A stretch of 63,813 nt of DNA, filler included, from Squatina squatina (GCA_031763465.1; 4 parts of 4 records of this genome joined end to end with filler, not necessarily neighbours in it); one strand, 5' to 3'; counted from the first letter of the whole stretch, positions 11,701 to 24,000 are shown. The notes: generated by a model from the letters alone, not told the origin. Program-made: numbers and translations.

Positions 11701-14700
11701 TTCTTCTAAGTTAATACCTACACAGATAAAGGAGTCGGGCTTTTAAAATTAGCATCTTTCCGGGGTGTGGTAGCTCTTATCCCAGGGCTTTATGTGAACT
11801 GTTCTTGTAAGCGATGCTCCCCTATCCTATATCGTGGCGATTCGAAGCGAGCGGAATTCAGATACATACAGCATGCTAGAACCACGAGGAAATCATCTAT
11901 AAGGGGACCAAACTATCTATAAGTAAGAATGGGTTCATCGGATACAAACCAGCGTCTGACACTCAAATCTTTTTTAAATCATAAATTTATATTCAATTTC
12001 TAAAGTCTACGCATCTTTCACTTGATCACGCTGGGTTGGCAGCAGTATGAGATCCATCAATGATTGTTGTAAAGTTGCCGTTACAAATGTTAGAATTGCT
12101 ATAAAATGTTGGCACGGCAGCGAAATCTTGAATCCGATCAGTATTAGCTGCGTTGAACGAACCACCGCCTTCACTAATATTGTAATGCTCGGAGAGGTGA
12201 TTGTACTATATTAAGAAATTACAGAGTGCTTTGAACAAAATGCGGTCGCTGTCATACCAATTTCAACACAATTTTCACGTTTGGATATAACTTGTTCATT
12301 GTTTTAGGGTTGTGGTCAAACTAGTTATGTAATAATAGCGCGTGCCGCACACAAAAGGCTCTGCTTTTAGCAGTCACGGAAGTACATTTAGAAATAATAT
12401 TTTACAACACAAGATGTCGCAGTAGGTGTTCGTTTGGAAGGCTCATATATGAAAAAAAGAGAATCAACTTTGATCAAACGGAGGAGGTCTTCGACCGCTG
12501 TTTATTGGTACAGCCAATGTGCAGGGTGAGCAGACAGTAAGCCTGCTCTTTGCTCAGTAATGTCCCCCGAGACTCCCCACTCCAAGCAGTAGTATCGCAG
12601 AGCACGTGGGCGCGGGGAACCTCGAACTCACACCAATGAAATGGGACAGAGCGACTGGCCCATGTACCAGTTGTAGATACCGCGGGGACACTGGTTACNN
12701 NNNNNNNNNNNNNNNNNNNNNNNNNNNNNNNNNNNNNNNNNNNNNNNNNNNNNNNNNNNNNNNNNNNNNNNNNNNNNNNNNNNNNNNNNNNNNNNNNNNN
12801 NNNNNNNNNNNNNNNNNNNNNNNNNNNNNNNNNNNNNNNNNNNNNNNNNNNNNNNNNNNNNNNNNNNNNNNNNNNNNNNNNNNNNNNNNNNNNNNNNNNN
12901 NNNNNNNNNNNNNNNNNNNNNNNNNNNNNNNNNNNNNNNNNNNNNNNNNNNNNNNNNNNNNNNNNNNNNNNNNNNNNNNNNNNNNNNNNNNNNNNNNNNN
13001 NNNNNNNNNNNNNNNNNNNNNNNNNNNNNNNNNNNNNNNNNNNNNNNNNNNNNNNNNNNNNNNNNNNNNNNNNNNNNNNNNNNNNNNNNNNNNNNNNNNN
13101 NNNNNNNNNNNNNNNNNNNNNNNNNNNNNNNNNNNNNNNNNNNNNNNNNNNNNNNNNNNNNNNNNNNNNNNNNNNNNNNNNNNNNNNNNNNNNNNNNNNN
13201 NNNNNNNNNNNNNNNNNNNNNNNNNNNNNNNNNNNNNNNNNNNNNNNNNNNNNNNNNNNNNNNNNNNNNNNNNNNNNNNNNNNNNNNNNNNNTAATCAAT
13301 GCTTTCTGACCTATCTCTTCTCTTGGCGGCGTCCCGCACCTGTGGCTTCACCTTGTTTCTCAATCAGAAACCACTGGTGACAATGGGTCGCCCCTTAACC
13401 GTTAGGAGTCCAAATGATCTTTAAAGCGGCGACTCCACTGAGCGCGTTGGAAGAGTTGATGGGTTTCAGAAGCTAGAGCTTCACCTGGTTGAACTCCTTT
13501 GTTGATCATATGGTTTCCGATTGTTTGTGGTACAATGATATAAGTTAATGTTTATGTGATATTCGAAGCAGATATTTGTTAAAAAGACGGAAGTATCTTC
13601 ACATGCAATACAACCAAAGAGGACAAAGCGTACATACAAGATGGGCTGTCTTTTTTTAATGTGTAGGTATGGGGAAGGGTGAAACCCATTAGATAGCCGC
13701 ATCCTCTGAGCTCTGGTTGTTTTACAATTGTGTTTTCTTTCGACAGACTCAACATGAGAAGGGTTTTCCGAAGTGAGGGGGTGGGGGAGTGGGGATGATC
13801 ACAGATGATCGCAAAATGGGAAATTTATGAATGAGGAAGATTTCAGACAGGTTTTGATGACTGATTTCATTGGATCGTTACGGGTGAAGGAAATTTCTTT
13901 CTCCCTGTATTTAAATAAGATCTGGAACCGAGTATCACACACTGGGCGTTTATGGAGATATGTTGAAATCAATGACCCGCAAACACACACATACACACAC
14001 ACCTTCTCTGTTTCTGTTTTAAAAGCTTTTAAAAATGTTCAATAATTCAATAATCATCTCCGAAATCTTTTCTTTCGGCTCCTCCTCAACACACTGTGCC
14101 TTGTGTTTAACCAGCATCTTCTGGGTATGAAATACTGACACTAAAAGGTCGAGTGTCATGGTTATTTTATCTAGAAGAAAATAAACATACCGAGCACTTC
14201 CTAATATCTTAACTTCATGGCACTGTGTATGAGATATATTCTATTCGAGTTCCTTCAGGGCGCTAAGGAGTAGAAGTCCAGCTGCGAGGAGTGCCTGTCA
14301 ATAAGTTTCAGGTTACATGTAGTTGACCAAAGAAGCAAAGTACTGAAATACTTCTGCAGTCAAACAGAAGAAGCACATTAGCTGCGCGATCTCAGGGCGA
14401 TAAGCAAAGTGTCAAGTACAAAAGCGCTCTCAGCCGCAGAGCTCCGTCTGATGAAGGCATATGCACTTATTGGCCCGGCTTCGGTGACCTGATTACCCGT
14501 ACCCTTGACCTACAAGTTTTTCTAAATACTCGGGCGAGAATGGATGCTAAACACATTTAGGTGGTGCTAATGTGTATTGTCCTATCAACCGGGGACGTTT
14601 CCCCTCCACAGGTATTCAAGGGGTCTCAAGTCAGTCCACACACAGCAGCAAACTCTCGGCGGCGGAGGACAGGGATCCATAATATGCTGCTGTCTTTATT

Positions 14701-16069
14701 TAATAAAACACTGATAACNNNNNNNNNNNNNNNNNNNNNNNNNNNNNNNNNNNNNNNNNNNNNNNNNNNNNNNNNNNNNNNNNNNNNNNNNNNNNNNNNN
14801 NNNNNNNNNNNNNNNNNNNNNNNNNNNNNNNNNNNNNNNNNNNNNNNNNNNNNNNNNNNNNNNNNNNNNNNNNNNNNNNNNNNNNNNNNNNNNNNNNNNN
14901 NNNNNNNNNNNNNNNNNNNNNNNNNNNNNNNNNNNNNNNNNNNNNNNNNNNNNNNNNNNNNNNNNNNNNNNNNNNNNNNNNNNNNNNNNNNNNNNNNNNN
15001 NNNNNNNNNNNNNNNNNNNNNNNNNNNNNNNNNNNNNNNNNNNNNNNNNNNNNNNNNNNNNNNNNNNNNNNNNNNNNNNNNNNNNNNNNNNNNNNNNNNN
15101 NNNNNNNNNNNNNNNNNNNNNNNNNNNNNNNNNNNNNNNNNNNNNNNNNNNNNNNNNNNNNNNNNNNNNNNNNNNNNNNNNNNNNNNNNNNNNNNNNNNN
15201 NNNNNNNNNNNNNNNNNNNNNNNNNNNNNNNNNNNNNNNNNNNNNNNNNNNNNNNNNNNNNNNNNNNNNNNNNNNNNNNNNNNNNNNNNNNNNNNNNNNN
15301 NNNNNNNNNNNNNNNNNNNNNNNNNNNNNNNNNNNNNNNNNNNNNNNNNNNNNNNNNNNNNNNNNNNNNNNNNNNNNNNNNNNNNNNNNNNNNNNNNNNN
15401 NNNNNNNNNNNNNNNNNNNNNNNNNNNNNNNNNNNNNNNNNACTCAGAGCTCACTTGGGGGAATCTCCGGGATATCCTCCGCCGTACAATCAAGTTCTAG
15501 CTATTGATGCAAATGTAGCAAAAAAAAAGTAGTGAAGGCAGCCTTTCCAGATCTATAGTGCTACAACGTGCAGACAGATCTGATGTTGGGCCCCGGAATC
15601 ACTGGCCCGAGTTGTAAGTAACATCTTGCAGCCAAGTGTTTTGTAAGCCTCCTCATAGAACTCCGAGGGCTGGGGTCTCACCTCTTTAAAAAGAAACGCC
15701 TTGGACAGCCCTAGACCAGGTCCCGTCAACATCTGCTCTGCCGACACCCCTCAAAAACTGTCACATTTAACACCTTCACAGCCATCCAGTTTTCAACAAT
15801 CTGAACAAATGCCAATTTTTTTTTTCCAAGGGGTGGACAAAAGAGGAAGTCAATGTGCCAACACAAGTGACTTTTTGATACCACCTGTTACAGAAGCTGG
15901 ATATACTACTTTGGATACACGTGTAACCTATTCTACATCTACTATGGTAAACCATGCTAAGAATCCACTCGGTCTCAAAATACCTCATTATCCCGAACAT
16001 AGGAGCTATAAGCTTTTGTAATACGATCAAATTACTGATCTGCTCAATCGATCAGACAGGCTTTTACAT
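8776..16069. other. CpG-rich block of degraded, apparently intronless reading frames; candidate endogenous viral or other foreign element
   Basis: About 35 CpG in 8780-9480 versus about 4 in 5000-5700 (manual count). Long stop-interrupted frames on + (~9590-10871, 13300-14520, 15442-16069) and on - (~12000-10858). No splice structure or host repeat signature seen. Internal gaps are sized (212, 594, 723 N), implying physical linkage. Confidence 0.45.
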
Positions 16070-17520
16070 NNNNNNNNNNNNNNNNNNNNNNNNNNNNNNN
16101 NNNNNNNNNNNNNNNNNNNNNNNNNNNNNNNNNNNNNNNNNNNNNNNNNNNNNNNNNNNNNNNNNNNNNAGGAGAAGCAGTCTGGCTCCTACTGGCCCCA
16201 CACAAAAAGAAAAGATAAAAATTTAGGGGCTGGGATTATTGTCTGTAATTGTTGAACTCCTCTACTGACATGAGCCAGAGCTGTTAGCAAGGTTAGAGGT
16301 TAAACATAGCAAGCATTTTCAGAGTGTTCTTGCATATCAAGTTCAGTTTTCAGATAAACACAAGAAGTAAAACGTGAAACTAAGAGGAAAAACTGTTATT
16401 AATTAGCAGAAATAGTGCCAAAAACATATTTGTTTAGCAACAAAGAACCTGCGCTCTTGTTGCGATTTCATAAATTTATCCGAGTTTCATCGCTCTCTAA
16501 TTCCTGGAATAAATAAGATTTATGACCTTTGACTAAGAGTGGGGAACTGCCACATCTGGTTATTTCAATACTAACTTTATTAATAAAATTTTTCTTTAAT
16601 ATTTTCTTTTTATATTTCTTTTAGTTCCATTCTAAAAATGTTCACATTTTAACCTTAGTCCCATTTTCTAATATCTTTGTAATTTCAATTTTTATATCCA
16701 TGGTTCCTGTTTTATTCTGTTGCGTTCATTTCGTATTTTTTAATTTGTTCTACTTTCTTATTATATCTTTGCTTCTTTCGTAAGACTGTCAGAGCTGGAT
16801 TTCACTCTGTGGTCCAGCCCAAAATCAAGCTGAACAGCAGCAGAAAATGAAGAGAAATGCATGAGGTGAGGCCGACCATCATATGACCACAGGACATTCC
16901 TCCCCATGCGAACCACCCATCCCTTCACTATTACTGCTGTTGGCCACTCCTCCACTCCATTCCCTCCCACAGCATGCTAATAGTGATGGGGAGAGGGCCC
17001 AGTCGCACAATGGATTTCCTTCTTTTCTGCCCATGTTACTGCTACTTCCCAGGGCCACCATTTGGAAAGTGGTAGGAGGCCCAGAAAGCAGCAGGAATGC
17101 TGCCAAAGTCCCCCGGTGGAGTGAGAGGATCTTGCAGCGGCTTTCGTTCCCTCCATTTTACTTCCAGCACTTATCTGCTGAAGGGCCCGTTTCTTTGGGA
17201 ATCCTTTTTTGAATGTGACCTAGGAAAATGGGTTACGGTTGGGGTATAAATCCCACCACACCACCAATCTACCTGTAAAGAAAAATCCAGCCCTTATTTC
17301 ACTGCTGATCTTATTTCACTGCTGACATTCCAATTTGCATTCTTACTCTTTATTTTATATTCCTTTTTCAGTTTTCCTCTTTTTGTTTCCTTTTTTAAAT
17401 TTATTTCTAAGTTTTCCCATTTTATGTCTTTTTTTCTAACCACTACTGGCACACTTGTCAATCTAGCCAAGGATAANNNNNNNNNNNNNNNNNNNNNNNN
17501 NNNNNNNNNNNNNNNNNNNN

Positions 17521-17532
17521 TTAATTAATTAA
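17521..17532. other. artificial scaffold spacer TTAATTAATTAA
   Basis: Palindromic all-frame stop linker flanked by 44 N on each side; occurs three times in the window. Confidence 0.95.
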
Positions 17533-17980
17533 NNNNNNNNNNNNNNNNNNNNNNNNNNNNNNNNNNNNNNNNNNNNAACACAAGGTAAATTTACTGCACT
17601 TCAGTATTTAAAGCTGGTTGGTTGGCACACCAGTGAAAGATGCTTTTCAATGTCTGGAATCGATGATCATTAGCACCAACTGTATTCCATTAAAGTTGTT
17701 CTAACGTGTTAGCTACATGGGGCAACTTGTAAACCTGACATGTATGGTATTAGTCTAGACTACAGCCCTGAGAGCAAGATTCTTAAATTACATGAGTGAT
17801 GCCATTAAAATAGTATAACTTAATTACTAATGAAGGTACGAAGTGGAAAATCGTTGTGCACTATATACTTTTAATTTAAAAATAACCCATCAAAAAGTTG
17901 CAAAAATACTCAAGTAATGTGTGCTGAAGACGCATGGAAAACATTGCAGATACATTATAGAAAAATGTATTTGAACTCAC

Positions 17981-18481
17981 ATGTGCCTCTTGTTTTACAA
18001 GATCATCCCACCGTGGCAGTCTTCTTGGCATAAGCTGAAGTTTGGAATCACTAGTTTCAATAATGAGTTCAGATGTTAAATAATTGGTTCTTTCTAACCA
18101 ATTAAGTGGCGATGAAAGCCCATCAGCGTCACCTTCAATTTCAGCAGAGTCCAATTCTGGAAATTCTTCATTATTTGTGGTTGTACTGTACTGGAATGGG
18201 GATGGAGTCAGCAGTAATCGCTGTTGGTCTCTAGTTAAAATATAAGATGCCATTACTAGGCATAGTATTATTACTCCCAAAAACAGGGTGCCCAGTTTTG
18301 CTTTCCAAGCAAAAATATGTCCACTCCACCCAAACCTGCGCTCTGCTTTGACCTCCAGTGTTGCAAGTAAATTCATTGGCTGCAGCTCAGCTTCATAAAA
18401 TAGTCGAGGTGGTTTTTGAAAGTCGCCGTTACAAGTAGATGAAGCAAATTTATTTTCTGTACGATCAGTCCCTGAATGCAT
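17981..18481 (-). CDS. CHST15: carbohydrate sulfotransferase 15 (GalNAc4S-6ST), first coding exon (cytoplasmic tail, TM segment, stem)
   Basis: MNLLATLEV, LVMASYILT, SPFQY and DDLVKQEAH match CHST15 (MNLLAVLEV, LVMASYILS, SPFHY, EDLKKQELH). Donor GTGAGT at 17980-17975; likely 5'UTR acceptor ttttccag| at 19015. Synteny with OAT and NKX1-2. Confidence 0.9.
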
Positions 18482-19832
18482 TTTACTCGGTCATGTACCT
18501 TGTAATAGTAAAGCAAAAGTGCACAGCAATTGTGTATTAAATAACTACATTTTCAATTGATGTCCTGGACTAATTTCTTTTGTCACCCTAGCATTGAAGA
18601 AAAGTCAGCCTTAGTTGATAAGTGGCTTGACAGAATCTTGCTCTTAAGCCATGAAGACTCTTTTCCGATGCGAGTTAGCGGAGGTAGTCAGTTTGCCTTT
18701 AAACATACCTACAGAAAGAGNNNNNNNNNNNNNNNNNNNNNNNNNNNNNNNNNNNNNNNNNNNNNNNNNNNNNNNNNNNNNNNNNNNNNNNNNNNNNNNN
18801 NNNNNNNNNNNNNNNNNNNNAACAGGAAATGTTACATCAGCTTCAGGAGTGTTTTTTTTCTCCATGCTAATTCAGTGCAGAATGGTCTTTTCTTCTTCAG
18901 ATCAGCTGCCTCACTGCGTGCACACAGCAAGAATTCAGGACTGCTCTTGTGGTTTCCTGAGTGGAACGTCAGCTGTTTTACTTATCCCATTTCCATCAGA
19001 CTATTTTTCCACCACCTGGAAAAGTGGTTCTCTTCATTTTGGTTTGTGCATATTTAACAAGTCACAGTTTGCACTCTACATTCCATTATCTTTTTAAAAA
19101 CTAACACGCTCAGGTTTATTCAGACAGTTTATGATTATTTAGAGAATGATGCTTAGACTATAATCATAGTCACATATCTTTTGGATCTCAGATGGTGAAA
19201 ACTAAGCTTGAGGTTTTTCTTACATAAAAATGGGTTGTTAATACTGTAGAGTTTGTCCCAACAGTTAACACTCCCTCAAGAATATTCACAAGACTTTGAA
19301 TGATCAGATACTGCATGCAAGAACTTATTGCATGTTTTGGCTTAATTCAGTTCCCGACTGTTGTATCTCTGTTCTAAGTCAATGACATTATACTTGAGAT
19401 TCACTGCCTGTGATCATCTGGTTGGGAGTTAACGCTGTGCTGCTACTGTTTTCAGGCAACCCCCTACCTTTAAGATTTCAAAGTAATATTTCAACTGTTG
19501 GAGTTGTTCAGACTGTTCTGGGGATCATAGAAGGATGACAGCTACTGATTACTGTGATATAGGCCTCATTTCGTTTATCATTTAAGAACTCAAGTTTCTT
19601 TTTGCCATTTTATCAGCACCAATTGACTAAAAAGTAAAATATACTTCATGTCATAAAGGATGAAACTCAGTAATCAAGATTTACTGGATATATTTCTAGA
19701 CACACGAGAAATATAAGTAGAAGATAATAAGTNNNNNNNNNNNNNNNNNNNNNNNNNNNNNNNNNNNNNNNNNNNNNNNNNNNNNNNNNNNNNNNNNNNN
19801 NNNNNNNNNNNNNNNNNNNNNNNNNNNNNNNN

Positions 19833-20090
19833 GGCAGGCCGCAGGGAGGCCTGGCCGTGCTGCTGATGTCAGCACGCTGCGTCTGATGTCAGCACGCAGC
19901 GACGCTGACTTGACATAGCTGATGTCGCTAAAATGGTGCTGAGGCCACAACAGCGACGTCCCCAGCCTGCCGACCCAGTTCCACCCGGGAGCGAGAGCGG
20001 CAAATTCTGCGGCGTGCGGGGCAGGGCGGGAGCCGGCACGAAAAATGCTGGCTCCCACCCCGAAGCAAAGCAGGTAAATTTTGCCCCCGT
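19833..20090. mobile_element. GC-rich MITE-like fragment
   Basis: CpG-rich, internal ctgatgtcagcacgc duplication, ends aaattttgccccc. Confidence 0.45.
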
Positions 20091-20091
20091 A

Positions 20092-20232
20092 GTTTTTAAG
20101 GAGCATCTTGAAGGAGCAAAGAGAGGTAGAGGGGCGGAGAGGTTTAGGCAGGGAATTTCAGAACTTAGGGCCTAGGCAACAGAAGGCACGGCCGCCAATG
20201 GTTGCGCGATTATAATCCGGGATGCTCAAGAA
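20092..20232 (-). mobile_element. L2-like LINE 3' fragment
   Basis: Reverse complement resembles 37340-37450 (ctaggccctaag-tctg-aatt...aaacctctc). Confidence 0.6.
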
Positions 20233-20902
20233 GAAACAAGAGTGCAAGAACATGCAGCAAGCAAGCGGTTGTAGGCAGAGACTTTTAGGCCCTACCCACC
20301 ACCATTTAATGCAAAAGGTTTATTATTCACAAATATGGATTGCCTTGTGATAGTGTTAGAGTGAACAAAGAAGTCTGTAAAGATGAGAAACCTCCTGTGT
20401 GAGTTTGCACCTGGTTGAGGTGAAAGTAGTTGTTGCTGCCAACCCACACCAGAACACCACAGCAAACTTCGTCAAACTGTTGAATTTTTTTTCTACATCT
20501 AGTTCGAAGATCTCCTGATACCAGACATTGCGTGGAGCTGCTATGTCACCTCTTTTCGTGCAGCACTGATAGATGTATTTCAAGAAAGGTGCTCCTCAGG
20601 CTGCTGAATGGCAACCCTCTTTTGCATTTCCTACTTGAATATTCACTCCAAGGCTCTGTCAGAGAAGGGAGCAGGCCTCCCTCCTCCCTGCATGTTTGCA
20701 GTTTCTTGTATCATCATTCAAAATGCCTCTTAAAATTGGAAATGCTCCCATACAGGAAGCACAACTGCAGCTATAATGTGCTCCAGCATCACTTTTAACC
20801 TCNNNNNNNNNNNNNNNNNNNNNNNNNNNNNNNNNNNNNNNNNNNNNNNNNNNNNNNNNNNNNNNNNNNNNNNNNNNNNNNNNNNNNNNNNNNNNNNNNN
20901 NN

Positions 20903-21041
20903 TGCTTTTTCTGGCCAATTTGTATGCCTCTTCCTTGGATTTGATACTGTCTCTAATTTCCCTTGTTAGCCACGGTTGAACCACCTTCCCTGGTTTATTT
21001 TTACGCCAGACTGGGATGAACAATTGTTGTAGCTCATTCAT
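20903..21041 (-). mobile_element. CR1-like LINE ORF2 fragment
   Basis: ELQQLFIPVWRKNKPGKVVQPWLTREIRDSIKSKEEAYKLARKS is the typical CR1 ORF2 linker region. Confidence 0.8.
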
Positions 21042-24000
21042 AATAAGTTAATGACATTAGTGGAAACATCAAAAGGGTGAAATCAACTTCGAACTCAATT
21101 TATAAAATGTAAAATTGTGACTCTGGTATAATTTCATATAAAGATAATCATATATGCACTCTCCTTTGTTCAGTCCTAATACTTGTGATTACCTTTCGTC
21201 TCAAAATGCAGTATTAATTAATCAAGGCAGATGTTTTCAGCATCATCAGTTCCACTGTGTCAACTGGCCACACTAGAGTCTACACTGCAGTTTTAATTAT
21301 TTCAGTTGAGACCTACATCATATACACCTAACCTGCATTCAAATGAACTCGATTGCAAAACCATGTCCAAGTAGAAAGTGCACATCTTTTAATTTAGATT
21401 AAGATTCACTTCATCTGGCTTGTTTTCTTAATAAGTTATAGTATAAAAATAACTATAACCTTTGTACTGTTTTAGTTTCAGGACGTAAGTTAAAGAGGAC
21501 CCTAGCTGAAACGGTTGAAGTTCAGTACACATTGCTCAACAGGCTGGAATGCTAGCCACCTCTGGGACCTGAACTTTCAACCATTTAGGTGCAAAGCAAA
21601 TGATCTTAACCACTTTGCTGGAACATCATGACTCACCATTTTTTTCTAATTTAGCCAATAAATACATCATTCATACTATCATGAGACCTTGCATGAAGTT
21701 TCCAGACACAGCAGTGAGCTCAGGATTTTTACGTCCTAACCATATAAGATTCTTTGTAAATCCTTGAACTCCTAAAAGATGTGTCCCAAAGCTATATTTT
21801 TTTTAGTAAATGGACTCTGCCTACACTCTGTTAACCTTAAAAGCTAAGTATGATCTTCCATAAATGCATTTTTGCTATAAAATATGAATAGTGCTCCATT
21901 CAGAAGTGGCTTGAGACTGTTTTCCTAGTTTCTGCTGGTTATTAGTTTTATTCCAACAATAGTTCATTTTATTTCCGTTTATATTTAAGGAAAGCTTTTA
22001 CGTAATCCTGTGAGTCAAACTTCATGGAGAACAAAATACGTTTACAGATGGAAATGATTAGCCAATACCAAGAAATGACATATTTCCATGTCATTTTCCC
22101 TAGTAATTGTCATCTATTTGGGTCTGCTGCAGGTTGGCAGGAAGGACAGGTAGGCAATAGCGGGTTATTAATTGGGCGGCTTCCTNNNNNNNNNNAATTC
22201 CACTAAAGCATTAGAGGTGAACATGACCTGTTAGAATGTCTGCTGCTTTGTTGTTAATAGGTACTTGAAAAGAGTTTTGTTAGCACATGTTGGTTACTCA
22301 GCCAAAATAAATGGATGCCTAACTAGAAAGCAAATCATATCCAAACAAAAAATGAAAGTTAAACAAAAAGGGTACAATTTCGATTGAAATATTTTACACA
22401 GAGGTTATGAACATGTGGAATGGACAGTCCAAATAATTGGCGAGGAAGACAGTGAAGAAATAGACGAGGGAGAGTGTGGTGAGAGCCTGACAAAGTAATG
22501 TGAGTTTGTGAGCGGGTGGGCAGTTAAAAAGCACTGAAATTGTCAGTGTGGTGGGAAGCCGGCTTCAACCTGTCAGCTTCTGCCTTTAACTCGGGCACGT
22601 TAGTCAGCGCGCCAGAGACCCGCTCGGGAGAGGCAGGTGAGCTAATTGAAGTAGGTGAGAGCTCGTTAAAATGCCTTTTTAACCGGATGTTGCGGCTTTT
22701 ACTGGCTGTCCACAGGATTCATGCGCTTGCTGAACCTCGCCAATGAAAGCAAGGAAAGCACAGAGCGGCCCTTGTGGGAGTTGAACAATTAACAGTAAAA
22801 AAAAAAATCACAAAAACTCACATCTGCTCTTGCTGACACCATTTGTGCTGAGAGTTTGCAGGTGATGTCTATAACTGTGGAAGTTCCTCTNNNNNNNNNN
22901 NNNNNNNNNNNNNNNNNNNNNNNNNNNNNNNNNNNNNNNNNNNNNNNNNNNNNNNNNNNNNNNNNNNNNNNNNNNNNNNNNNNNNNNNNNGTCAGTAACT
23001 AGTGAACAATGCATGATATCCTAATGTCATCAGCAATTTAACTGAAAGAATTGAATACAAAGCGTTGGAGTAGATAAGCTTTTTTGTATTTACTTTGCTC
23101 GCTCATTATCACTAGAAACTGGATGAAAGTCCTTCAAAATCTCACACAAATGTCGATTTCCACTATCCCTATCATCACTCCTGTACCGTAAAACATTGCC
23201 ATTCATGTATGGTCACTTTCACACGGATGTGCAGTATTTTTCACTCTTCTGCCCTATGACTGATGATGAAGCCAAATGTTTAGACCAAGTGCTCATTCCT
23301 TGTGTTTTTTTTCCACATAGCTTCAGTTCAGTCAAAGCTACATTTAAATATGGGTTTCTAATTTTGAATTGAGAAGGGAAAGTTCTGTTTTGACAACTGA
23401 AGGCAAATGTGTTTGATTGCAGTGCTCACTCAGACCTGCGTGGTGAAGAGATGACCTTGGCAACCAATATTGAGATTCTGGTCCTCCGTACAGAGAGGAA
23501 CACAAACAATTTTCTGTTTGAGATTAAAGTTGTTCAAAACTTAATTGTTTTACCCTTCCATGTTTCACTGAAGCTTTTCTTAAAGTGAAACAGTAGAACA
23601 AAGATGCTTTGGAGAAAGACTATTTCCACACGACTGTTAAGTCATTATTTCTTGAAGACACTACATAATTACTGGAAATGTCATTGAAGACTTCAGCTTT
23701 TGTGCTGTNNNNNNNNNNNNNNNNNNNNNNNNNNNNNNNNNNNNNNNNNNNNNNNNNNNNNNNNNNNNNNNNNNNNNNNNNNNNNNNNNNNNNNNNNNNN
23801 NNNNNNNNCACCCGCACGCAGGAAGCCTCCAATCGCAATTTCAGGCCCAATTTGTTGCAGTGGAGACCTCAGTCATTCATAGCTCGCACAGTTATAAAAG
23901 AAAAACACTTTGGCAAGTGGCCTGGTACTGATGTACGAAGACTCCTGTTCCTCCACCGACTAAAATCCCATATAGATTAAAATCCCAGGCCTGTATATGA

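Noticed and set aside
12606-15532. ORF-track entries of 220-320 aa
   Set aside because: Almost entirely X residues from N gaps; the same applies to most gap-spanning ORFs in the track.
17521-17532. TTAATTAATTAA as a piggyBac TTAA site or biological palindrome
   Set aside because: Identical copies centred in N spacers show it is an artificial linker.
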